A stretch of 44,840 bases of DNA, from UHGV virus genome UHGV-0716684; one strand, 5' to 3'. Made by a program: the position numbers and the translations under genes. The notes under the pieces are model-generated. The model worked only from the letters and a program-made list of their open reading frames with translations, had not been told where the DNA came from and did no database searches. Source of the DNA: a virus. Below are positions 16,800 through 25,981 of this stretch, one piece after another (the first letter of the stretch is position 1; the number at the start of each line of letters is the position of its first letter).

Positions 16800-18212
16800 T
16801 CACTTATTCCATACCAATTTCTCTTGTCCGCTATCCCATATGCGGGATACACCTTCCGCAGCGTACCATTCCGACTGTGTAAGCCCCTCTGGCGCTTTGT
16901 TCCATTTTTGCCGTGATTCTGTTTTAGTCGCATTGTTTACGACGATGCGGAATCCACATCTCACAGAAGCCTTTTTAAACCCCGCTGATAGGTATGATTC
17001 TCCGGTAAATAAATCCCGGTCAGTGTAGGTAAAACCGTCGGTGATGCTATAACGGCGCACGGCATAGGCCCATAGCTTCGACAGCCCGCCTACCACCGAA
17101 CACGACGTAGCGTACCGCACAAGCTCCCATTCACCTTTTCTACACGTCAGCGTCATTACCGCAACAATCTTTTCTTCATAAACGAGGCTGATATACCTCG
17201 TCGAGTTACGGAATCCTTGAATGTGGTTCTCCTCCAGGAAACGCTCTGCACATATTTTGTTAATCTCTTTTACATGGCATTTGCGGGCGAAAACTCGCAA
17301 AGAAGAGACGCCGACGGAATGGCCGATTATTTTCTTTATTATTTCTTTTTTATGCAGCCATAGCTCATCCCTTATTGACAGGAGCCGGAACCCTCTTTCC
17401 TCAACGGCGACTCTTTTCTCCATGTGATACTTTCTCCCCTTCCCGGCAGCTTCACTGTGCCAGTACAGGCCGTTTATTTCTATCGCCAGATTATGTTGCG
17501 GTATTAAAATATCTATCTCTCTTGGGTGGATAAGACTTCTATCATTCCGATGATATTCCACCCCCATGCTATCGAGAAATTCACAGACTTCATCCTCCAC
17601 TTTACTACGCCCGAACGACGCGCACCGCGGGCACCCTCTACCCTGAAAAATGTTACCAAGCGTAGAGGCCCATTCATGGCCTTTTTGACACCTCAGTGTC
17701 GATGGCGCACGGCAGATATCCCCTGAATAAGACACCAGTTCAAAACCAGTGCCGCGTAACCTTTCCTCTATTTCTCCGATCTCGAGCCTTTTTCTGTTAG
17801 TGCTGCAATTCGGGCAATGACTTTTACCCCTTAAAATGTCGCTGCCGGTAGCGGACCAGACGAACCCGCATTTACATCTGAACGTTGATTTCCCACTTAC
17901 AGCACCTGCGTAATTAAGGCATTCAACCCCATTAGGCCACTCTGTTACTTTCGCCCGTTTTTCCGCAGCGTAGCATTGGGGGCAACCATGACCGTTTAGG
18001 ACGGTATTGGCCTTTGTCTCCCACACATGGCCACTACGGCAGCGGAATTTAGACTTAAGTTTAGAGTGGCCTGCATACTCAATTACTACTATACCCCGTG
18101 ACGCCAGTCTCAGGTTTACATCTTCTTCAGTTAAACGTCTGGACCCCATTAAAATACCCTCCGCTTCTTCTAGTATAAAGATTGTGTATATACATGTACC
18201 ACAGCAAGACAT
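16800..18212 (-). CDS. putative multi-domain homing-type endonuclease (zinc-ribbon repeats plus PD-(D/E)XK Vsr/DUF559-like nuclease motif)
   Basis: Repeated C..GH.W...G.GCP.C units; motif EIDILIPQHNLAIEINGLYWHSE; opposite strand inside the packaging/head module. Confidence 0.55.
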   Translation of the reverse strand: MSCCGTCIYTIFILEEAEGILMGSRRLTEEDVNLRLASRGIVVIEYAGHSKLKSKFRCRSGHVWETKANTVLNGHGCPQCYAAEKRAKVTEWPNGVECLNYAGAVSGKSTFRCKCGFVWSATGSDILRGKSHCPNCSTNRKRLEIGEIEERLRGTGFELVSYSGDICRAPSTLRCQKGHEWASTLGNIFQGRGCPRCASFGRSKVEDEVCEFLDSMGVEYHRNDRSLIHPREIDILIPQHNLAIEINGLYWHSEAAGKGRKYHMEKRVAVEERGFRLLSIRDELWLHKKEIIKKIIGHSVGVSSLRVFARKCHVKEINKICAERFLEENHIQGFRNSTRYISLVYEEKIVAVMTLTCRKGEWELVRYATSCSVVGGLSKLWAYAVRRYSITDGFTYTDRDLFTGESYLSAGFKKASVRCGFRIVVNNATKTESRQKWNKAPEGLTQSEWYAAEGVSRIWDSGQEKLVWNK

Positions 18213-18252
18213 CGCACCGCAATAAGAAAAAATTCCCTGAGATATTATTTTT

Positions 18253-19329
18253 ATGCGTTACACTGTCGATACTACAGGAGGGCTTATGAGCTTACTTACA
18301 TCTCTAATTAGCCACCAGATATGGCTGCAACGTACTGCATCCGGTGAGGTGAAAGACCTAGCACCGTTCATTCAGGAGATGCGGGACGAAATCAAACGGC
18401 AGGTGCTGTTATTCGGCGATGATGGCCGCAGCACCGCCCGGCTGAATAAACTGTTACGCGACCTTGAAGAAGCACTGGCTGGACTTACAGTTGACTGGCA
18501 AACAAAGCTGACAGAAGACCTTAAGGAACTGGCGGCATATGAGGCTGAGTGGAACGTAAAGACACTTACCACCAACGTTAACGCGGAATTTGTTACACCT
18601 ACCGCCGAGCAGGTGTGGGCCGCTGCCGAGTTTCAACCTCTGTCGCTAAGTGACAAGCCCGTTGACTTCACCAAGCTGATGTCAGGCTGGGGTGAAGCGG
18701 AGGTCGCGCGCCTTGTAACTGGCGTTAAGATGGGCTTTGTGCAAGGCCAAACCACACGGCAGATTGTTAAAGAAGTAGTTGGTAAAGGCGGCCTGGCTGA
18801 CGTATCAGAGAAACACGCTGCTACAGTAATCCGCACCGCGCTGTCCCACGTGTCCAACGAAGCCCGTAATGAGACGTACCGCCAGAACGACGACATTATC
18901 GAGAAATATGAGTGGGTGTCTACTCTTGATTCTAGGACCTCAGCCGTTTGCAAGGCCAGAGATGGGATGACGTGGGAAATCGGTAAAGGGCCGATGCCCC
19001 CCGCCCATCCGAACTGCCGGTCGTGCACGGCTCCGGTAATCAGTTCGGAGTTCGACTTCCTGGATAAAGGCGCAAAACGCGCGGCTAAGGGTGCGGACGG
19101 AGGTACTCAGGTAAGCGCAGACACCACTTACTACGAGTTCCTGAAACAACAACCGGCATGGTTTCAGGACCAGGCTCTAGGCCCGGTGCGGGGTAAGATT
19201 TTCCGTAACAGCGGTATATCGCCGGAAGAGTTTCGCGTAATATCTGTAGATGGTTTCGGGAATCCGCTCACGCTTAAGCAGATGGCGGAACTCGATAAAC
19301 GTGTTGCTGATTATCTGAAAGGGGAATAA
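18253..19329 (+). CDS. head morphogenesis protein (SPP1 gp7 / Mu F-like minor head protein)
   Basis: 358 aa; conserved PMPPAHPNCRSC region; position after portal. Confidence 0.75.
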   Translation: MRYTVDTTGGLMSLLTSLISHQIWLQRTASGEVKDLAPFIQEMRDEIKRQVLLFGDDGRSTARLNKLLRDLEEALAGLTVDWQTKLTEDLKELAAYEAEWNVKTLTTNVNAEFVTPTAEQVWAAAEFQPLSLSDKPVDFTKLMSGWGEAEVARLVTGVKMGFVQGQTTRQIVKEVVGKGGLADVSEKHAATVIRTALSHVSNEARNETYRQNDDIIEKYEWVSTLDSRTSAVCKARDGMTWEIGKGPMPPAHPNCRSCTAPVISSEFDFLDKGAKRAAKGADGGTQVSADTTYYEFLKQQPAWFQDQALGPVRGKIFRNSGISPEEFRVISVDGFGNPLTLKQMAELDKRVADYLKGE

Positions 19330-19790
19330 TGATGGGCTTTTTCAAAGTAACTGATGTACCGTCGCGTCGCGTAGTCCAGTACGCCCGTGTGCCTGGCTCC
19401 GGCGAGAACGTGGTATTTATTGAAGATGAAAGTGTACTGGGTGCGCCCGTAGACGATATGCCGTTTGCAGATAAAACCGGTATTGCGCTACCGGCGGCGG
19501 GCATGCTTTATGAGATTCAGTACCTGGCGGATGCTGGTGATGTGTATTTCTCCGTACAACCGCAGGACGCTGAACTGGCAGACGGCAGCGCAAATATCGC
19601 TGTCGAAGTTAAGGCGGGCAAAGCACCATATGCGCTGACCTGGTACAAAGACGGGAAGGAAGTGGTTAACGCCCCGGAAGAGGCTTTGTCTCTTACGGTT
19701 AATTCTGTTGGGGAATACTTCGTTAAAGTTACTGACGCCGATGGTGTAGAGGCTATGAGTAAAGCGGCGAAAGTTACTAAGCCAGAATGA
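19329..19790 (+). CDS. hypothetical head-associated protein with Ig-like C-terminal segment
   Basis: 153 aa; LTWYKDGKEV...GEYFVKVTD pattern reminiscent of Ig-like domains. Confidence 0.45.
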   Translation: MMGFFKVTDVPSRRVVQYARVPGSGENVVFIEDESVLGAPVDDMPFADKTGIALPAAGMLYEIQYLADAGDVYFSVQPQDAELADGSANIAVEVKAGKAPYALTWYKDGKEVVNAPEEALSLTVNSVGEYFVKVTDADGVEAMSKAAKVTKPE

Positions 19791-19793
19791 TAT

Positions 19794-19820
19794 AAGGCCC
19801 CGAAAGGGGCCTTAATTTTA
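19794..19820. terminator. conserved terminator hairpin aaggccccgaaaggggcctt
   Basis: Perfect 8 bp stem, GAAA loop, T-rich flank; same hairpin at 27155 and 39396. Confidence 0.6.
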
Positions 19821-20357
19821 ATAAGCTAACCAAGAACCTCTTTCTGTGAACATCAATTTATTTCCTTTTAAGAGATTCAGAACCGCAGGGATAACTTGTA
19901 TGTTTTCTGCGACGTGCAGCCCTGAGACAGTTTTAGCCCGCAACGGCAGCATGTGGTCGATATGCCATAAGAAACCTGTTTCACCCGCTCGCAGTTGACA
20001 TAGCTCCTGCGCTTCTTCGAATACTAATAGGTCAAATTCATCATTCCTGATGTTTATACTCCTGGCTCTTTTTGCCGTTTTATACTTCAACCTTTGGGCT
20101 TTCCTGGCGGTTTTGTTTTTCTTACGGTACTCCGCATCAATTTCGGCTAATCGGTCTTTATTTTCTTGCCTCCATTTTGCGTTTTTAGCCGCCCAAGAAA
20201 CAGCGTTTCGTTCTCGGTACGATTTTTGTATCTCTTTAGTGCACTCATAGCACCCGGTGCGAACATGCCTTTTCGCAACATGCCCGCGTTTACACGGTTT
20301 GCCAGTGAAGTAATAATCATCCCCCGCGGCTATGGCTTCTGAACGCTTAGTGAGCAT
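19818..20357 (-). CDS. HNH-type endonuclease
   Basis: 179 aa; CKRGH..C.EC zinc-binding N-terminus and WHIDHMLPL...N HNH-like core. Confidence 0.6.
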   Translation of the reverse strand: MLTKRSEAIAAGDDYYFTGKPCKRGHVAKRHVRTGCYECTKEIQKSYRERNAVSWAAKNAKWRQENKDRLAEIDAEYRKKNKTARKAQRLKYKTAKRARSINIRNDEFDLLVFEEAQELCQLRAGETGFLWHIDHMLPLRAKTVSGLHVAENIQVIPAVLNLLKGNKLMFTERGSWLAY

Positions 20358-20382
20358 AAAACCCCCTGTTTAAGTTAACCGA

Positions 20383-20411
20383 ATAGTACCCTATTATATT
20401 GGTGTGTGCAA
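20383..20411 (-). promoter_or_regulatory. promoter TTGCAC-N17-TACTAT with GAATAG-N4-CTATT palindrome
   Basis: Reverse complement TTGCACacaccaatataatagggTACTATtc; upstream of the HNH gene. Confidence 0.5.
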
Positions 20412-20686
20412 ACTATTTGTTTACATATTCCAGTTATTCCACTCAATTGTAAATGTTGGAATAAACTATTCGAATAGTTGACTTTTCACTAAAAATATGA
20501 TAAGCTCCACCTGAGCTTGTGAAGTATGAACAAGCGACCGCGGCGCGGGCAGGTAACGGAGCCGGATGTTAAGTCCGAGTGTAGTTACGCTGACGCGTTC
20601 GGAAGGGCCGTACTCTATTGCTTGTGTAAAAAGTAACTGGTTTACTGAGATTACGCCGTTTCTATGTTTAAATGATAAGGACTAGC

Positions 20687-20712
20687 GCCCCGCTTTAAGG
20701 CGGGGCTTTACT
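20687..20712 (+). terminator. terminator-like hairpin (gccccgc-tttaag-gcggggc, then tttacttat)
   Basis: GC stem followed by T-rich tract, located in the leader just upstream of the i-spanin RBS. Confidence 0.45.
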
Positions 20713-20730
20713 TATCGAGAAAGGAGAAAC

Positions 20731-21117
20731 ATGAATCTTAAAGCAACTGTCGTAGCGGGGGCATGTTTCATCGTCCTGTTATACGCACACGGCTACTTTC
20801 AATACCGCAGCGGTTGGGACGAAGGCCGGGCGAATCTCGTTTCGCAGCAACAGCAGGAAGCACAGGCTGAGTTAGCGAAGAAAACACAACGGCAGCAGCA
20901 GGATGAGTCGAAGGCCGCAGCCGCTGATAACGAAGGCAAGACGAAATCAGAGGTAATTACACGTGAAGTCGTTAAGTACATTAAAACGCCCGGTCGCAGC
21001 GTGTGCACTTTCGATGATGCTCGCGTCCTGCTCAAGTCCCGCGCCGTCGCAAACGCCAATTCCATCCCCGGATACGACAATGATGCAGCCGCCGTGCAAA
21101 CTGGCTCCGCCAAGTAA
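20731..21117 (+). CDS. i-spanin (Rz-like)
   Basis: 128 aa; N-terminal transmembrane segment, Q/E/K-rich coiled-coil-like middle; AAGGAGAAAC RBS. Confidence 0.6.
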   Translation: MNLKATVVAGACFIVLLYAHGYFQYRSGWDEGRANLVSQQQQEAQAELAKKTQRQQQDESKAAAADNEGKTKSEVITREVVKYIKTPGRSVCTFDDARVLLKSRAVANANSIPGYDNDAAAVQTGSAK

Positions 21118-21226
21118 CGACGCTGACGAGGATTTGGCTATCGACGTTCAGAACGCCGAATGCGTACGGCAACTGAGGCTGAAAGTGTTCATGTTGCAGG
21201 ACTACGTGAGGAATATTCTGGAATAG
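20963..21226 (+). CDS. o-spanin (Rz1-like lipoprotein), overlapping the i-spanin in another frame
   Basis: GTG start; signal peptide with lipobox LASC; proline-rich mature part; extends past the i-spanin stop. Confidence 0.55.
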   Translation: MKSLSTLKRPVAACALSMMLASCSSPAPSQTPIPSPDTTMMQPPCKLAPPSNDADEDLAIDVQNAECVRQLRLKVFMLQDYVRNILE

Positions 21227-21308
21227 TTGCCTTGCATGTTGGAATAATTTATTCTTGACATGTAAATCCGGGTGGCCCGGGTTCCAACGTCCAGGGGACA
21301 TACTGACT

Positions 21309-22010
21309 ATGAATCGTTTTTTACGTTATCCGTTCCAGGAAGAAGCTGGGGCAGAAGATAAAGCTGGTGGCGGTGACGCGCCAAAAATGTTCACCGCTGA
21401 AGAAGTTCAGGCGCTGATTGAGAAAGAAGTAGCCGGGCTTAAGGCCAATCAGGAAGCGTTGCTGGCGGAGAAGAAAGAAGCCGCTCGTAAAGCAAAAGAG
21501 GCCGAAGAAGAACGGCAGCGTGCCCACCAGGAGGCGTTAAAAGCCGCTGGTAAGATGGACGAGTTCGAAAAGACGATTCGTAGCCAGTATGACCCGGTGT
21601 TAGCTGAGAAAGATGGTCGCATCTCCAAAATGGCAGAGCGCATCCTCGGCAGCGAACGTAAAGCGGTGTTAGGCTCTTTCGCGGGCGACTTTATCACCCC
21701 TGAAGCAGTAGACATTCTTGCACCGTTCGTTAAGACTGAGTTCGAAGGCGATGATGTGGTTACTAAGTTTGTCGGCGCAGATGGCAATGTAATCACAACT
21801 GACCCGGAACAGTTCCGTAAATATTTGCGTGAACACAAAGCGTTTTCGCATTTGATTAAAGCAAATGCAGCTTCCGGCGGCGGGGCTTCCGGTGGCAAAG
21901 GCGGCGGGGCCGCACCAGCGTTTAAAGACATGAGTGAAGCAGAGCGTTTAGCCCTGTATAAATCGAACCCTGCCGAATTTGAACGGCAACTTAAAGCCCT
22001 GAGGAAATAA
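21309..22010 (+). CDS. putative capsid scaffolding protein
   Basis: Charged, helical-looking E/K/A-rich protein immediately upstream of major capsid gene; ORF track starts at 21255 (TTG), ATG at 21309 preferred. Confidence 0.55.
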   Translation: MNRFLRYPFQEEAGAEDKAGGGDAPKMFTAEEVQALIEKEVAGLKANQEALLAEKKEAARKAKEAEEERQRAHQEALKAAGKMDEFEKTIRSQYDPVLAEKDGRISKMAERILGSERKAVLGSFAGDFITPEAVDILAPFVKTEFEGDDVVTKFVGADGNVITTDPEQFRKYLREHKAFSHLIKANAASGGGASGGKGGGAAPAFKDMSEAERLALYKSNPAEFERQLKALRK

Positions 22011-22012
22011 TA

Positions 22013-23062
22013 ATGGCAATTACTACTATCGGCGATATCGTAACTGGCAACATCCCGGTCCTGGCGTCTTATATGACCGAGGACCCGGTAGAAAAAACCG
22101 CGTTCTTCCAGTCTGGTATTCTGACCCCGACCCCATACGCTGCCGAGATTGCCCGCGGCCCGTCCAACATCGCTAATATTCCTTTCTGGAAAGCGATTGA
22201 TACCTCTATCGAGCCAAACTACTCGAACGACGTATACCAGGATATCGCTACCCCGCGTAACGTGCGGACCGGTGAGATGATGGCGCGCGTTGCATACCTG
22301 AACGAAGGTTTCGGCCAGGCGGACCTGACTGTCGAACTGACCAGCCAGAACCCGCTGCAATCAGTAGCTTCTCGCCTGGATAACTTCTGGCAGCGCCAGG
22401 CACAACGCCGTCTGATTGCCACCGCGCTCGGTCTGTACAATGACAACGTGGCCGCTACCGACGCATACCACGAGCAGAACGACATGGTGATCGACGTGTC
22501 CGCTACTAAAGGCTTCGACGCGGGCGCGTTCATCGACGCTACCCAGACTATGGGTGATGCGCTGATGGGCAACGGCGGTGAAGTGCTGGGCGCTATCGCG
22601 ATGCACAGCTTCGTTTATGCGCAGGCCCGTAAGCAGCAGCTTATTGACTTCATCAAAAACGCTGACAACGATACCCTGTTCGCCACCTACCAGGGCTACC
22701 GCGTGATTGTTGATGACAGCATGACGGTAGTTGGTACAGGCCCGAGCCGTAAGTTCATCTCCATCATCTTCGGCAACGGCGCTATCGGTTACGGCGAAGG
22801 TAACCCGAAAAATCCGCTGGCATATGAGCGCGAAGAGTCCCGCGGCAATGGTGGCGGTGTCGAAACCTTGTGGACCCGTAAGACCTGGTTACTGCACCCA
22901 CTGGGCTACAGCTTCACCAGCGCAGTAATCACTGGCAACGGCACCGAGACTACCCCGCGCTCCGCTTCCTGGCAGGACCTGGCGAACGCCTCCAACTGGA
23001 ACCGTGTGGTTGAACGTAAGCATGTGCCTATTGCCTTCCTGGTAACTGGTGTAGGTGCTTAA
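22013..23062 (+). CDS. major capsid protein
   Basis: 349 aa ORF after scaffold gene, followed by a strong terminator; size and position typical. Confidence 0.8.
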   Translation: MAITTIGDIVTGNIPVLASYMTEDPVEKTAFFQSGILTPTPYAAEIARGPSNIANIPFWKAIDTSIEPNYSNDVYQDIATPRNVRTGEMMARVAYLNEGFGQADLTVELTSQNPLQSVASRLDNFWQRQAQRRLIATALGLYNDNVAATDAYHEQNDMVIDVSATKGFDAGAFIDATQTMGDALMGNGGEVLGAIAMHSFVYAQARKQQLIDFIKNADNDTLFATYQGYRVIVDDSMTVVGTGPSRKFISIIFGNGAIGYGEGNPKNPLAYEREESRGNGGGVETLWTRKTWLLHPLGYSFTSAVITGNGTETTPRSASWQDLANASNWNRVVERKHVPIAFLVTGVGA

Positions 23063-23078
23063 GGTTAAGCTATAATCG

Positions 23079-23104
23079 AGAGGGACTTCGGTCCCTCTTT
23101 TCAT
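23079..23104 (+). terminator. rho-independent terminator
   Basis: agagggac-ttcg-gtccctct followed by tttcattt. Confidence 0.6.
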
Positions 23105-23123
23105 TTACTAAGAGGATCCCTCA

Positions 23124-23468
23124 ATGGCAGACGTATTGAAACGACGCATCACCGGCGTCTCCGCTGACGCCCCGGGCGCTAAGATTGACATGGAGACTAT
23201 TTCTCCTGCGTCTTTTTCTACCCCACTTAACGCTACTACCGAGGTTACCGCACCCGCCGCATTGACTCTCGCCGTTGCGGTAACTGGCGGTCTGGAGCCA
23301 TATTCTTACCAGTGGTATAAGAATAACAACGCCATCGCCGGCGCTACCGCAGCTACGTACACCAAGTCCACTACTGTCGCTACTACCGACTCCGGCACGT
23401 ATAAAGTGGTTGTTCACGATGCGTATGGTAATATTATCTCCAGCAGCACTGTAGCAACTGTGTCTTAA
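23124..23468 (+). CDS. Ig-like domain protein (possible head decoration protein)
   Basis: 114 aa; YSYQWYKNNNAI...DSGTYKVVVHD Ig-like signature. Confidence 0.5.
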   Translation: MADVLKRRITGVSADAPGAKIDMETISPASFSTPLNATTEVTAPAALTLAVAVTGGLEPYSYQWYKNNNAIAGATAATYTKSTTVATTDSGTYKVVVHDAYGNIISSSTVATVS

Positions 23469-23504
23469 TACAACGGCCCTTCGGGGCCATAATAAGGAAA
23501 GGTC

Positions 23505-23684
23505 ATGGCAGATAATTATGTAATCCGTGAAAAGTACACTCACGTTGATGTTGTTGATGGTCAGGTGATGCCTGTTCGCGGTGTTGTAGACGCGGATGAA
23601 CTGGTTGCTACTCAACCGGACAACGAAGAAGCGCACAACAACGGTGGTGGTACTAAGCGTCGACGCCGTAAGTCAGAGGAATAA
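23505..23684 (+). CDS. small hypothetical protein (59 aa)
   Basis: Hand-translated MADNYVIREKYTHVDVVDGQ...; AAGGAAAGG RBS. Confidence 0.45.
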   Translation: MADNYVIREKYTHVDVVDGQVMPVRGVVDADELVATQPDNEEAHNNGGGTKRRRRKSEE

Positions 23685-23687
23685 TTC

Positions 23688-24200
23688 ATGCCGCTAATCG
23701 TGGAAACTGGGGCAATCGTCCCTAATGCCGACAGTTACATTAGTCTGGCTGACGCCCGCGCGTTAGCGGCTAATTATGGTCTGGAGTTGCCTGCGGACGA
23801 TACCGCCGCAGAGGTGGCCTTGCGCAACGGTGCTACTTATGTCGGGCTTGCAGAACCGCAGATGTGTGGTCGTCGTGTATCCGCCGAACAGTCACTGGCA
23901 TATCCTCGCACTGGTGTAACGTTGAACGGCTTCCCTGTAGCTAACAACGTCATCCCGAAGCAGGTAATTCTTGCGCAGGTAATTGCTGCTGTTACCTATG
24001 GCGCGGGTACTGAGGTGCGGGCTAACTCAGACGGGCGTTCCGTGCAGACTGAGCGTGTTGAGGGTGCGGTGACAGTGACCTACTTCAACAACGGCAACAG
24101 CGGGGCTACAACTGCTATTACCGCCGCGGACGACGCTTTACGCCCGTTACTGTGTGGCGGTCTTAACAACGGCTTCTCATTTAATGTGTACCGGGGTTAA
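23688..24200 (+). CDS. putative head-tail connector/adaptor protein
   Basis: 170 aa; position in head-to-tail joining block; call by synteny. Confidence 0.45.
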   Translation: MPLIVETGAIVPNADSYISLADARALAANYGLELPADDTAAEVALRNGATYVGLAEPQMCGRRVSAEQSLAYPRTGVTLNGFPVANNVIPKQVILAQVIAAVTYGAGTEVRANSDGRSVQTERVEGAVTVTYFNNGNSGATTAITAADDALRPLLCGGLNNGFSFNVYRG

Positions 24201-24202
24201 AA

Positions 24203-24817
24203 ATGGCGAAGACTAAAACAGAGATATTTACGCTAATCGGGTCCGAGCTACCTGACAACACGACCGGTCTTATTACCCCCGCCGCATTGCGCGAGGTAAT
24301 GACGCAGATGGCGGACTCGCCTATCTACGCCACTCCAGGCGTTAAAGAAGTTGAAGTTCTACGTGCTGCGTCTACCATAGCACAAGCACCAACCGCGGTA
24401 GATACAGCATTGCAGTTAACTTTTGGCTCCGCTCAGGGTAGCGCATCCGACCCAGTAACGATTAATGCCGCAGGGCTGGTTACGTTCAACACCCCCGGAA
24501 ACTACGCCGTTCGCATCAAGTTGCAGGCGGGGCGCACGGGTGCTAGCGGTACATCAATCTTGCTATCACGTATTTTAGTAAATGGCGCTCAGTACGGCTC
24601 GCCCGCCGCCACGAAACTAGTCAGCGCCGACGTAACGATTCCGATTGAATCCCGCGTTGTTATTAACCCGACAGCAGGCCAGACGTTTGCCGTTCAGATT
24701 ATGCGAGATAGCCCCGGAAGCAACTACGGCGGCGTATACCCGCAAGCGGCTACCGTGACCGCATGGGGCACAGCACCATCCGCGCTACTGGTTATCTCAA
24801 GACTGGAGGCCGCCTGA
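24203..24817 (+). CDS. hypothetical structural protein
   Basis: 204 aa ORF in head-tail joining block. Confidence 0.5.
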   Translation: MAKTKTEIFTLIGSELPDNTTGLITPAALREVMTQMADSPIYATPGVKEVEVLRAASTIAQAPTAVDTALQLTFGSAQGSASDPVTINAAGLVTFNTPGNYAVRIKLQAGRTGASGTSILLSRILVNGAQYGSPAATKLVSADVTIPIESRVVINPTAGQTFAVQIMRDSPGSNYGGVYPQAATVTAWGTAPSALLVISRLEAA

Positions 24818-25176
24818 TGAGCACCGCTTTCAGTAAGCGTATGCAAGGCGTGGGTACGCGCCTGCTAACCAAATTCGGCAGCACGGTGTCGCTGATTCGC
24901 GCTGGCTCGAAAGTGTGGGATGAAGCCCTCGGCGAGTACGTATGGTCTGACGATGAAGTGTTGCCGTTGAAGGCCGTTCCGGTTCCGGTAAACGCGGGAC
25001 TGGTAAATGGTACGACGATTCAGGCCGGCGACATGATTGTTAAAGCCGATTACAGTGTCGTACCGAAGATGGAAGACAAGGTTCAATTCGGCGGAGAGCA
25101 ATGGTCCGTCGTAACCATTGAGAAGAAGATGGTTAATGATGATGTCGTGGCCTACTTTATTCAGGTGAGAAAATGA
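24817..25176 (+). CDS. putative head closure / tail completion protein
   Basis: Start at ATG overlapping upstream stop (TGATG); call by synteny only. Confidence 0.45.
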   Translation: MSTAFSKRMQGVGTRLLTKFGSTVSLIRAGSKVWDEALGEYVWSDDEVLPLKAVPVPVNAGLVNGTTIQAGDMIVKADYSVVPKMEDKVQFGGEQWSVVTIEKKMVNDDVVAYFIQVRK

Positions 25177-25568
25177 GTTTCGCGCTCGATGTCTCTAAGT
25201 TCGTGGAAAAGGCGAAGAAGAACCCTGAGACGGTGATGCGCCAGGTGTCTATCAAGCTGTTTTCCGCTATTATAGAGGCGAGTCCGGTAGATACGGGTCG
25301 CTTTCGTATGAACTGGATGGCATCTGGCGGTACTCCTGCTTCCGGTATTACAGACGCTACGGATAAATCAGGAAACACGGCAACCGGAAACGCTACGAGT
25401 TTCGTACTGAAAGCCGCAGACTGGCACGAGTTCACGCTGACAAATAACCTGCCGTATGCACAACGGCTGGAGTATGGCTGGTCGCAACAGGCACCCGCCG
25501 GGGTGGTCAGGACTAACGTGTCCCGCTTCCAGCAACTCATTAACGAAGAAGCCAACAAGGTGAAATGA
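25173..25568 (+). CDS. HK97 gp10-like neck/tail-component protein
   Basis: 131 aa; motif SPVDTGRFRMNWM characteristic of the HK97 gp10 family. Confidence 0.55.
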   Translation: MSFALDVSKFVEKAKKNPETVMRQVSIKLFSAIIEASPVDTGRFRMNWMASGGTPASGITDATDKSGNTATGNATSFVLKAADWHEFTLTNNLPYAQRLEYGWSQQAPAGVVRTNVSRFQQLINEEANKVK

Positions 25569-25981
25569 TGGGCTACTTTGAGGACTTAACAAAAGCGTTT
25601 GATGTGCCGCTGGTAGCCTTCGGAACCGCCAACGGCATCAAAGTCGCGCTTGAAAATATCGGCGCACCGACGTCAACCGATACACCATATCTGGCAAGTT
25701 ACATGTTGCTGGCGGATACGGAACAGGCGGATTTGTTCTTCACGGAACAACGCGCTGGCGTCTATCAGGTAGATATTAACTACGCATCGGTGAAAGGTAG
25801 CGCGCCAATCAATAAAATGGCAGACTTACTTAACACGGCGTTTAAAGCAGGTAAGTCATTTTCACGTAACGACATCTGCGCCGAGGTTCAATCGGTTAGC
25901 CTGGGGCCGCTGATTGTAGAAAACGGATGGGCCAAACGACCATTGTCAATTAACTTTATTGCATTCACCAAGAGGCTGTGA
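25565..25981 (+). CDS. putative tail terminator / tail component
   Basis: 138 aa ORF immediately upstream of major tail protein gene. Confidence 0.45.
   Translation: MMGYFEDLTKAFDVPLVAFGTANGIKVALENIGAPTSTDTPYLASYMLLADTEQADLFFTEQRAGVYQVDINYASVKGSAPINKMADLLNTAFKAGKSFSRNDICAEVQSVSLGPLIVENGWAKRPLSINFIAFTKRL

Noticed and set aside
21449-22360. 303-aa minus-strand ORF across the scaffold and major capsid genes
   Set aside because: Antisense to two syntenic structural genes, Arg/Ser-rich artefact-like translation
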